DNA of 63,098 nucleotides, counting the filler, from Pelomyxa schiedti (taxonomy: Eukaryota > Protista > Evosea): the NCBI GenBank assembly GCA_020536535.1. It is 7 parts of 7 records of this genome, joined end to end, with 100 filler letters (N's around TTAATTAATTAA, not from the genome) between each part and the next. Parts side by side here need not be neighbours in the genome. Positions count along the whole stretch, not along the records: positions 37,168 to 53,355 come from JAHLWZ010000040.1; positions 53,456 to 57,072 come from JAHLWZ010001719.1; positions 57,173 to 63,098 come from JAHLWZ010001462.1; 4 more parts are not named here. One strand, given 5' to 3'. Positions within the stretch are counted from its first letter, which is position 1. Each line of letters begins with the position of its first letter. Shown here piece after piece: positions 48,079-58,689 of this stretch. The position numbers and the translations under genes are program-made. The notes below the pieces were generated by a model. It was not told the DNA's origin, made no database searches, and worked only from the letters and a program-made list of their open reading frames with translations.

Positions 48079-50917
48079 ATGACGCTGCGGTCAAAAGATG
48101 ACGTGCTCAGGGAGTACATCAAAACCAGGGGACCAACGTTGGATCTGAGCAGTACTTGCATCTCCCACCGCAATATTATATCATCGTTGTTCTGATCCAA
48201 CGACTCATGCTGTTGGTAGATACCAACGTCCTGGAAGGTAGTGGCTTGGCGATTTACATCAGGAACGTGGAAGAACTTAACCTCAGCGGTTCACCATGTT
48301 ATGTATTTTGTACTAAGTCAACTGACAACTCTCCAGGGACACTGTTTGGACAGGGGAGTGATGAATTCTGGAGCGTGGCCACCACATCTCGCAGACTCAG
48401 CACACTGGGGCTTGCTGGTTTGTTGCCTCACTCGTATGTGTTAACATTAACTCTCCTTTTAAGGTGCATATTTGTCACCAAGGTCAGCAGAAGGGCTCCT
48501 CCGACTACTACAAAGTCCGGCCCCCATACGTTCTCTGGATATCTCTGGTTGGTTTCCTGCCCTCAAATTCTATTGTTGGCCAACATACACAAGGCAACCC
48601 AAATCTTGGTGATGATGCTGGTCGAAAAATACTTGCAGTCATTACTCCGCGTATCACTCACTTGAACTGTGAGGGTACAGCCATTTTATTTTTGTTGGGA
48701 CACTCTGAAAAATTGCCACAGGATGTGGATTCTCACATGAAACTTGCTGCTTGATCACAGGCAAGGTGAATACCAATCGTAGGAATCAAGGCCTTGAGCC
48801 ACAACCAGTCTCTCAGCACCCACTCACCACACAACCGCTGCTTCTCCCAACAGTACCACAAGTAGAATCCACGCGGCAACCACAGCTGTCCCCCCCTTCA
48901 GAAAAGTCATCAGCAACCCAAATAATTTCATTGATCAAGAGGGAATTTGGTGCTTTGGGGGTTGATTTTAACCAAGAACAAGACATTCAAGCATTGGTGC
49001 AAATCCTGAAGGCTGACTTTCAGAAGGTTGGGGCAAAGAAAAAATCATTTGATTCACTTTTCCAGGTCAAGGATGAGAACAAACTTCTCCAATCTCGTCT
49101 GTCAGATTGTGAGACTGTGAAGAACAGTTTGCAGGCACAAGTCCAGGCTTCCCAGAAGAAGTTGGAAGAAGAGGCAACACATAACAAGGTTCAAACAGTT
49201 TATCCAAATTTCTCTCACATCTCCGTCATCTGCAGGCTGAGAACAAAACTCTCCAAACACAACTGAACAAATTGGAAGAAGAGTTGACATGCTGCAAGGT
49301 TTGTGTTCTTTATTGATGGCCATTATTAACTCAAAAAACAACAGCAAACGATCAGCACGATGACATCACTGATTTCAGCGGGAATATCACAGTTTGCTGT
49401 CAAAGACCTCCTTGGAACAGGGTCATACGGTGCAGCATTCAAGGTTCAATTCCGCGGGAACAGAGCGTCACCACAACAGATGATGGTCATGAAACTTCAG
49501 TTCAACATGGAGAACATTTCCACACAGACACTTCTGAGGAACAAATACATGACCGAGTGCCAGACACTTGCTTTGATTCCTCACCACTGGAACATCATTC
49601 ACCCTCTTGGTGGTTTTGTGATTCCCAGGTAAAAAAAACGAAATGTGCTTCCATTTTTGACTGATGAACTCACACAAAACAACAGCCTTCCACCTGAGTT
49701 CCTTCACTTCATTCATGACAAACCAGTTTATGAAGAATGGGCCCAACACAACAAATCCTTTGTGTTCTTCATGCCTTGCGGAGGGATTTGCCTTTCTGGC
49801 TCTCCACAGTCATTTCTGTCATCACTTCCACCCTCCAAACTTGTTGGTGTCACATTGGATGTTTTCAAACAAGCACTTTCAGCAGTGAACCACCTTGAGA
49901 AAAATCTGATTGTTCACAGGTTTGCCTCCTTTCCAGTTTTCTCAAGTGAGTGAAATCTTTCTTGTTGAAACAGAGACATCAAGGAAGACAACATCGTTGT
50001 TGACCCACAAACCAACAAGCTCACCCTCATTGACTTTGGGATGGCACAGGATTGCATTGCAGACAACCAAGGAAACATCAGCACCATCCTCACACCAACA
50101 GGCAACACATGGGGAAACCTTGGAACCATACCACCTGAGGTCATGACATTCATCAACACAAGCAGTGGTGCTCAGATGTTCTCGCTCTCCAAGTGTGACT
50201 CCTTCAGCCTTGCCCTCACGTTTTACAATGCACTGTTGCCTGCATCACACAAGTTCATCGGCAGCACATTGAATGGTGACATGTCACACTTCACCACAAA
50301 GGCCCTTGTGGAATCCTTCCCACTTCCTCCTCCCTTCACTCCACCACCATCCAGAGCACAACAACTGAGAGACACACAGGCGGAGGGACTGACAGGGGTG
50401 CTGATCAAAATGATGCACCCAGTCCAGTCCCTCAGGATGTCTGCTTCTCAGGCAATCTCCACAGTTGATGCCCTTCTGTCTACAACACAGCCAGTGACCC
50501 CATCAAGGGTTCTATCGCACTCACCCTCCACCACGGAAATCCACAGTAGTCCCTCTTCAAATGATGGGGATTCCTCTGTAATTGGAAAGCCATGCCCCCA
50601 GTGTGGAGTCAGAACAATCCACTTCAGGTTTCTCTGAATTTCTATCACTGGAACCCTTCTCAAACTTGTGTACAGGGACCATTACTCCCATGACATTCGC
50701 TGCCGCCTATGTGGATGCAAATTCTGGTGTGCCCCACTTCTTTTTTTTATTATGTGGTTTCTAAAGACTGGTGATTGACAGCTATGTGTGCCTCAGTGTG
50801 TACGAGGGTTACCCAGCGAAATGTAGGAACGGCTGCAAATTATTTTGCTCACCTCAATGTGACTGCCCTGTGTGCCCTGAGTGCACTGATACTCAGAAAT
50901 GTCCATACTCGAGCTGA
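48079..50917 (+). CDS. L3: LRR, coiled coil, PINK1-like kinase and RBR RING2/IBR-like Cys-rich domain
   Basis: ATG at 48079 and LRR exons. Kinase motifs GTGSYG, VMKLQFN, HWNIIH, HR-DIKEDN, DFG and GNLGTIPPE. The spliced tail is KPCPQCGVRTIHFR-DHYSHDIRCRLCGCKFC-YVCL...CDCPVCPEC, ending at TGA 50915-50917. Confidence 0.8.
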
Positions 50918-51225
50918 ACACAAATTAAATGCAGAGGACCCATAGAAGTTGAGTCCTGTAATTTGTGTGGTTAATGTAACTGGAAATTAATTAGGTATGT
51001 AGAAATGAAAATAAATTGGTAACGTGGAGAGAATAATTACTATTGGATGGATGTGCGGTGGGTTTGAAATAATGGCGGAAATTTACCGTGTATTATTACT
51101 GCCTCGTGACGCAGGTAAGTGGCACCCACAGCAGATGTCACTTATTTATACACCCAAACCAATTTTAATTAATCCAGTATCCTACACCTTCTCGGTAATA
51201 ATTCTCATAAAAATAATAATACACT

Positions 51226-51450
51226 ACAATACAATACACTACAATACAATACAATACACTACAATACAATACAATACAATACAATACAATACAATACAAT
51301 ACAATACAATACAATACAATACAATACAATACAATACAATACAATACAATACAATACAATACAATACAATACAATACAATACAATACAATACAATACAAT
51401 ACAATACAATACAATACAATACAATACAATACAATACAATACAATACAAT
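51226..51450. repeat. (ACAAT)n microsatellite
   Basis: About 45 units next to a scaffold gap. Confidence 0.95.
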
Positions 51451-51550
51451 NNNNNNNNNNNNNNNNNNNNNNNNNNNNNNNNNNNNNNNNNNNNNNNNNN
51501 NNNNNNNNNNNNNNNNNNNNNNNNNNNNNNNNNNNNNNNNNNNNNNNNNN

Positions 51551-52998
51551 AGCAACCCAAATAATTTCATTGATCAAGAGGGAATTTGGTGCTTTGGGGG
51601 TTGATTTCAACCAAGAACAAGACATTCAAGCATTGGTGCAAATCCTGAAGGCTGACTTTCAGAAGGTTGGGACAAAGAAAAAATTATTTGATTCACTTTT
51701 CCAGGTCAAGGATGAGAACAACATTCTTTATTGAGCCATTATTATGAACTCAAACAGCAACAGCAAACGATCAGCACGATGACATCACTGATTTCAGCGG
51801 GAATATCGCAGTTTGCTGTCAAAGACCTCCTTGGGACAGGGTCATACGGTGCAGCATTCAAGGTTCAATTCCGCGGGAACAGAGGGTCACCACAACAGAT
51901 GATGGTCATGAAACTTCAGTTCAACATGGAGAACATTTCCACACAGACACTTTTGAGGAACAAATACATGACCGAGTGCCAGACACTTGCGTCGATTCCT
52001 TACCACTGGAACATCATCCACCCTCTTGGTGGTTTTGTGATTCCCAGGTAAAAAAAACGAAATGTGCTTCCATTTTTGACTGATGAGCTCACACCAAAAC
52101 AACAGCCTTCCACCTGAGTTCCTTCGCTTCATCCATGACAAACCAGTTTATGAAGAATGGGCCCAACACAACAAATCCTTTGTGTTCTTCATGCCATGTG
52201 GTGGAATCTGCCTTTCTGGTTCTCCACAGTCATTTTTGTATTCGCTTCCAGCATCCAAACTTGTTTGTGTCACATTGGATGTTTTCAAACAAGCTCTTTC
52301 AGCAGTGAACCACCTTGAGAAAAATCTGATTGTTCACAGGTTTGCCTCCTTTCCAGTTTTCTCGAGTGAGTGAAATCTTTCTTGTTGAAACAGAGACATC
52401 AAGGAAGACAACATCGTTGTTGATCCACAAACCAACAAGCTCACCCTCATTGACTTTGGGATGGCACAGGATTGCATTGCAGACAACCAAGGAAACATCA
52501 GCACCATCCTCACACCAACAGGCAACACATGGGGAAACCTCGGAACCATACCACCCGAGGTCATGACATTCATCAACACAAGCAGTGGTGCTCAGATGTT
52601 CTCGCTCTCCAAGTGTGACTCTTTCAGCCTTGCCCTCACGTTTTACAATGCACTGCTTCCTGAATCGCACAAGTTCATCGGCAGCACATTGAATGGTGAC
52701 ATGTCACACTTCACCACGAACGCCATTGCCGAATCCTTCCCACTTCCTCCTCCCTTCAACCCACAAGTGGGCAGACGTAGAGACCCGCATGCTGAGGGAC
52801 TTACATGCGTGCTTTTCAAAATGATGCACCCAGTCCAGTCCCTCAGGATGTCTGCTTCTCAGGCGCTATCTGAAATTGACCACATAAGGGCGTGCTGGTC
52901 TTTAGGTGCAAAGCCCTGCCCAAACTGCAAGAGCTATGTAGTTCATTACAGGTTTCTATGGTCTTCCTCAAAATGTGCAACTAACGCCACTTTACAGG
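51551..52998 (+). CDS. L4: partial paralog of L3 (kinase plus start of the RING2-like domain); coiled-coil exon deleted, possibly a pseudogene
   Basis: Near-identical kinase exons followed by KPCPNCKSYVVHYR. There is a deletion at about 51725 relative to L3. Confidence 0.65.
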
Positions 52999-53355
52999 GA
53001 ATGCAATCCTGTGCCATCCCAAAGTCAATCAGGGTGAGCTTGTTGGTTTGTGGATCAACAATGATGTTGTCTTCCTTGATGTCTCTGTTTCAACAAGAAA
53101 GATTTCACTCACTCGAGAAAACTGGAAAGGAGGCAAACCTGTGAACAATCAGATTTTTCTCAAGGTGGTTCACTGCTGAAAGTGCTTGTTTGAAAACATC
53201 CAATGTGACACAAACAAGTTTTGAGGGTGGAAGCGATGACAGAAATGACTGTGGAGAGCCAGAAAGGCAAATCCCTCCGCAAGGCATGAAGAACACAAAG
53301 GATTTGTTGTGTTGGGCCCATTCTTCATAAACTGGTTTGTCATGAATGAAGTGAA
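52999..53355 (-). repeat. Inverted partial copy of the L3/L4 kinase exons
   Basis: Reverse complement of about 52125-52480 with several substitutions relative to both L3 and L4. Confidence 0.8.
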
Positions 53356-53455
53356 NNNNNNNNNNNNNNNNNNNNNNNNNNNNNNNNNNNNNNNNNNNNT
53401 TAATTAATTAANNNNNNNNNNNNNNNNNNNNNNNNNNNNNNNNNNNNNNNNNNNN

Positions 53456-53990
53456 TTTTGGCTTGAGCAGAGTGATAGCCTCATTCATTATGGCAGTGAT
53501 GGCTGTTGTGTGCCTGTATTCCAAGAGATTCTACATTTTGGTGATTGATGTGGCCAAGACGTACAAATCCAGAATGCTGTGTGTGGTGAGCGAAACTCTG
53601 TGTGATTTCCGTGGCATAGAGGAATGGGCTATGGAGAGTGTTCTTGTGATGCAAAATAAGGCTGGCCAAAACGTGTTCATTATTGATATTACTCAGAGGT
53701 GGGAATCCAAGTCTGTTGTGATTTCCATACTTGAAAATGGTGAAATGAACGAGCTCTATTGATTGCATCTTGGTTCAGGTTAGTGGCTCCATGTTTGCAG
53801 TTTATAACAGGAAGGAAGAGAGGCTGGACATCTGGGACAGCAATGATACAACAAAGAGGCACCCAGTCATCAAGTGCAAACAAACAAGAGACCGAGAATC
53901 GACGAACCTCCAAACACCACCGACAAACAGCAAAGTGAGGCCGCAACGACAACGGAAACAGCAACAAAAGCAAGTTGTGCGGGGAGTGGA
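53456..53990 (+). pseudogene. Family C fragment with a frameshift
   Basis: VIDVAKTYKSRMLCVVSET...VLVMQN...LVQVSGSMFAVY...LDIWD aligns to 29989-31365. The frame changes at about 53762. Confidence 0.65.
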
Positions 53991-54539
53991 TACGCTATCA
54001 AAGTGTGATATCTCTTAAGGGAGCTAAAGGGACACTCAGGGGGGACCCTGAGGAAGATCTGTTAGGCCACAATAGATATGACGTCACCATCACCCAAGCC
54101 TTAGGACCCTTAGAATAAAGTAGTTTACGAAGAAAATAGAACCCCTTAAGTCCACTATCGCATGTTTTTAAGCTAGATAACAGTGGACTCCAAGGAAAAT
54201 GGGAAAATAACACATCTACCATCTTGACCAGTGCGCAGCGGTTCCAGAGTAGACTTGATCGATGTTCACGCCTTCAGGTGTAGTAGCCCCCATGTTAATG
54301 TATTGGAGGTGTGGGGCATGAGGTGCCATCAGTAAAACACCCCAACAGGAAAAACCATACAACATTCTCGAACGAGGTTCAACGAACAACAGACAAACAA
54401 CAACAACCAAATGCCGGCAACAGTCAACACTGACTGTGGGAGGAGGAGTGCGGTGGCGGTGGGCAACAACAACGTTACGGCCAGTGGCGTGTGTACACTG
54501 GCTGCCTGCTAAACGGCGCACGCGAAACATACTACGGTC

Positions 54540-54800
54540 GTGGTGAGTTCCACAACAGCAAGCGGGGATGGGTGGGGTTGCGTGCAACACTGGGCACAGG
54601 GAAACAGGTTCGAGGGTCTGTGGAGAGATGAGCGCCAGAAAAGGGGTACCATGTGGTACGACACAACCAGCGACACGGCGTCGTATGCCACAAAGTGGGT
54701 GTGGAATGTAACGACAACGCGTAGCGTATTGTATGAGATGCAGGGGTGGGGGTGTGCGAAGGAGAACCACCACCGGCAACAACACAGGAACTGGCAACCT
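54540..54800 (+). pseudogene. Degenerate MORN-repeat fragment
   Basis: GWGCVQHWAQGNRFEGLWRDERQKRGTMWY. Confidence 0.45.
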
Positions 54801-56454
54801 GTTCACTTGTTCTCTTGCTCTCTGAAAATGAAATTGGAAATGATGAACTTAGCCTTGTGACCACATTGAAGTATCTTCAAACATCACATCACCGACACTT
54901 TCAATGAAAGAAGTCGGTGCCATCACATTTTCCTTTTAATCTCTTTGAGTCCGGGTGCATAATTTGCCCGATAAGGCAATTTCGATTTTTTGCAACAACA
55001 GCAAGGACTTGGGTGCCCCAACAGGGGCCCTCGGGAGTTACTTGACAACCCCCATGAACACAGCCACACACCCGCAGGCAAGCAGGTCCTGTTGAGGAGA
55101 TCTCAAAAAAAAAATTCCAAAAAAATTAAATTTCTCAGTCTTTTTTAACGGTAAAATTATGCACCTGGACTCAAAGACGTCCCCATGCATAATCCTCTCG
55201 TTGCTGTTGCCCCTAACGGCAACGAAAAGTGGATGTTTTTTTGGCTACCGGGGATGATTTTTGTTGCCGTTACCCCTATCGGCTCACCCAAGTTACCCCA
55301 GCCACCGAGATAATACCGGCCTGTTTCTTTTTTAACTCTTTTTTTGTTTGGTTTTGTACTTGTGGGTTTCTTGGTGGTTTTCCTCTTTGGATGCTTCCTG
55401 TAAGAGCGTGTGTGCCCCATCTTTTGGCTCTCATTGGTTGCTGGATACTTTCCTGGAATCCATACCTGTACTGTATATGTACTTAATAATGTTGAAAAAG
55501 CAATGAATAAAAACCTGCCGGTAGTGTGTGAAGCTGAAACCAGGCACTGCAGCAGGTTCCACGATAGAATCAGATGCAACAACAATGGGGGTTGTGCATT
55601 TTCTGGTAAACAGTAAGTAAACACGAAAAGCAGAATGTGTAATACCAGTGTCGATTTCTGCTCGAGTCCTTTTGTTGGCTCTGTGTCGGCGATGGATTGG
55701 GGTTGGAAAAGTAATTCTGGTGGCAATTGTTGTTGCAGCTGCGATTGTGGTTGCGATTTCAGTTGTGGTTGCGACTGTAAATGGGCAGCTGCAACTGTGG
55801 TGGTAGCTGCGCTGCGACTGTGACTGTGGTGGCTGCGACTAAATACCACACTGGAGGATGCACATGCCAGTGAGTAATACCCAAGGTCATTTCTCAGTGT
55901 ACATCACTACTGATACACTTGTTTCTGTTTAGAGTTGTTTGGGGAAGTATTGGAAAAATGGATAGAGAATAAGATACCGTAATTTGGCGGGGGTCTGTGT
56001 TTGGGTTTGGGAGGCCCTGGCACTCACTTGTGGCAGTAACCGTGCCTCACCAAGTAATGACATGCGTAAAGGTGGAAGATTCAGGATGTAATTACAACAC
56101 TGTTGTGGAATCGATTTCACAACCTGTGCGACAATAAATAATTATTAACTATTTAAAAAACTACGCATGTAGAAAGCAAAAATGGGCAAGTTGGTAAAAC
56201 AACTCTCAATTATACATGTGCTCACGATTACTGTGTGGAGGTGGTATTTCTGCACGTACCTTGAAGTGCTTCATCATCAGAGTACAGCTCGTTGCCCAGA
56301 TCCGTGTTGGAGCCAAGGCTGATGTTGGTGAGACTTTTTTGTGTGCCTGTGGAACAGCGGGCCCTGTGGGGCGTTTGTCTCTGGGACTGCTCATCACTGT
56401 TGGAACTCTTCCAAGAAACAGTTTGTGTGTGCTGCATGTTTATCAGATGTGCTA

Positions 56455-56733
56455 CAGCGAAATTACCGGATGTTGTGCTGATAAGCACATCTGATTGTGC
56501 TTATCAGCACAATTTGCGGTAAATTTGCTGTTGGACATCCCCGATAGTGTTTTTCAGCACAGTTTCCGGTAATTTTGATCCAGCACAGGTCCGATAGTGT
56601 TTATCAGCACAATTTCCGTTAAATTTGCTGTTGGGACGTCTCTGATAGTGTTTATCAGCCCAAAGTCCGGTAAATTTGGGCTGATAAACACTATCAGATT
56701 CTGCGGTGGCTTATCAGCCCACTTTCCGGTAAG
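56455..56733. repeat. Array of about 50-bp repeats in direct and inverted orientation with perfect hairpins
   Basis: Core C(C/T)GATAGTGTTTATCAGCACAATTTCCGGTAAATTT at 56491, 56541, 56591, 56642 and about 56701, with inverted copies at 56455-56489 and 56675-56698. Confidence 0.85.
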
Positions 56734-57040
56734 GGAAGGAACAAAGACATGGAGCAGGGATGGATTGTCATTCACTGGGTTGTGGGTGAGTGGAGTGCCC
56801 ACCAAGGGGACAAGGAGGTGGTCAAACGGTGACATGTTTGAAGGCACGTTCACACAAGATGGGGATTGTAATGGGAGTGGATGGGAGTGCCGTGGTGGCA
56901 AGGGTGTTGCAACACTGTCACTGTCATCTGTCCTGAAGGGCACCCTCAACAACAACCTGTTCCAAAGTTGGAATTCAGAGGTGCAACATCAAATGGGATC
57001 ATCACCTCCACTGTTTGAACACAATCAACAGATTGAGGTG
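56734..57040 (+). pseudogene. MORN-repeat coding fragment fused directly to the repeat array
   Basis: EGTKTWSRDGLSFTGLWVSGVPTKGTRRWSNGDMFEGTFTQDG. Confidence 0.6.
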
Positions 57041-57295
57041 TGTGGTACTTTTTGCTTTTGTGGGGTGGTTGGNNNNNNNNNNNNNNNNNNNNNNNNNNNN
57101 NNNNNNNNNNNNNNNNTTAATTAATTAANNNNNNNNNNNNNNNNNNNNNNNNNNNNNNNNNNNNNNNNNNNNGTTGTTTGCTCCCCGCTGTGCCTCTGAG
57201 AGATTCGGCTTTCAAGCTATCCCCGCACATCCCACTAAAATCCGCTTCCCCAGTTCTATAACTCTAACCGCCCCTCCGCGGCTCCCCGCCACAAG

Positions 57296-57306
57296 TGGTA
57301 GCAGAG
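57296..57306 (+). promoter_or_regulatory. Primer-binding site complementary to the initiator tRNA-Met 3' end
   Basis: TGGTAGCAGAG lies 2 nt after the LTR end. Eukaryotic tRNAi-Met typically ends ...CUCUGCUACCA. Confidence 0.85.
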
Positions 57307-57408
57307 AGCAGTTCGTTCTCATCGAGCCTCTACTTCAAATTCTGTAATCTCCGTTCTTTTGTTTCCTACCGGACATAGTCTCTCGCATCTGTAGCAAGTG
57401 AGCTAAAC

Positions 57409-58689
57409 ATGTTTGGACCTGATGGAAAACCTGTTACAGCGGCATTCTCGTGTACTACTTCATCCGCGGCTGCTGGCTTGCCTAATCCTACGACTCCTCC
57501 TCCCCCCTCACCTAACCCGAATTCATCAGCTATAACCCCTCCCAATAAGCAAATACCTTCATCGAATCCTGGAATGATTCCCCCTAGTATTGCTAATCCA
57601 TCCTCTGATCCTGGTAATCCGTTAAGGCAGCAACTTCCAGTGCCGCAGGCTATCCCTCAGCAAAGTTTCCAACATCCACCTCAGATAATTCAGAGTGCAG
57701 CTATGCAGAATGTGCAACTCCCTATCACCCAAACGTGGATCCCTACACCTGCTTCTCCGAGTCGTTCACCTATAGGGTTCGTGAGCGCTGAAGAAAAGGT
57801 AAACTTGCCAAAATTCGCGGACGAAACCGATGAAGATGCCCGAGTGTGGCTAGAGACTGTCATGACTTACAGAGAGCAATTTCGCTGGTCGGATGCCGTC
57901 ACGATTCAAAAGGCCATCCAGGCGCTACGCGGCAAAGCCTTGCAATGGATACCTGAAGCGCGAGGACATCTCATGTCATTTGCTGACTTCAGAGAAGCTT
58001 TCGAGGAGTACTTTCTAGTAGATGATGAAGCGCTCCGTTGCAAGGGAGTCATGCACCTTAGGAAGAAGAAGGATGAATCCAATGAGTCATTTGGAAGGCG
58101 GCTGAAGGCCAAAACTCACAATGTGCAAATGAGTGAAGCTGTCAAAGTTGAAGTATTCATGGATGGGATTGACTCTGCTGATAAGGATGAGCTCGAAAAA
58201 CAGACCTTTGACACTTTGAATGATGCTATTGCCATGGCCAAGAGACTGGAACTAATCAGAACAACTAAAGCTGCGTCCAGGAAGATGGCTCCTATAACCC
58301 CACGAATTCCTGAGTGCTTTCTGTGCAAGATGCCAGGTCACAAGCAAAAGGATTGCCCACTTCGACGAGGAACTCCAGCCAATATTCAAGTCGCCAAATG
58401 CCAACTGCCAGGATGTACAAGGAATGTGGCCCAATCAAGGAATGGCAAGCAATACATGTACTGTTGCACCAGTCATAGAGATGCTCATTTGGCGTTCCTT
58501 CAAAGTTCTCCCCGCTACTACCCAGTCCCCAATTCCACTCCTCCAACTCCAACACCACCTCCAAGTTCTATTCCAACACCAACTCCAAGCTCCTTTCCAA
58601 TCTCCTTCCTTCCAACCAACACCACCGTTCCAACAAACTCCACCACTCCACTGATAGGTTCCGTCAGTGGGGTGCAATCTCACCAGTAA
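57409..58689 (+). CDS. gag: Gag (capsid domain, CCHC knuckle and an extra Cys/His cluster)
   Basis: LPKF...WLE...LRGKALQW capsid region and CFLCKMPGHKQKDC. Confidence 0.9.
   Translation: MFGPDGKPVTAAFSCTTSSAAAGLPNPTTPPPPSPNPNSSAITPPNKQIPSSNPGMIPPSIANPSSDPGNPLRQQLPVPQAIPQQSFQHPPQIIQSAAMQNVQLPITQTWIPTPASPSRSPIGFVSAEEKVNLPKFADETDEDARVWLETVMTYREQFRWSDAVTIQKAIQALRGKALQWIPEARGHLMSFADFREAFEEYFLVDDEALRCKGVMHLRKKKDESNESFGRRLKAKTHNVQMSEAVKVEVFMDGIDSADKDELEKQTFDTLNDAIAMAKRLELIRTTKAASRKMAPITPRIPECFLCKMPGHKQKDCPLRRGTPANIQVAKCQLPGCTRNVAQSRNGKQYMYCCTSHRDAHLAFLQSSPRYYPVPNSTPPTPTPPPSSIPTPTPSSFPISFLPTNTTVPTNSTTPLIGSVSGVQSHQ

Noticed and set aside
51024-51734. ORFs with (IQYNT)n or (LYCIV)n, and (FL)n or (QK)n at 38420-38875
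   Set aside because: These are translations of microsatellites spanning N gaps.
52999-53355. Inverted kinase copy as an antisense or hairpin regulator
   Set aside because: It abuts the contig end and interrupts L4 mid-gene. A chimeric join to another paralog is the simpler explanation.
55157-56488. Low-complexity minus-strand coding-like fragments, and a 15-bp inverted repeat at about 55216-55272
   Set aside because: No consistent gene model or element boundaries could be supported.
56455-56733. Possible CRISPR array
   Set aside because: The inter-repeat segments are only about 15 nt and resemble each other, the units occur in both orientations, there are no cas genes, and the context is eukaryotic.
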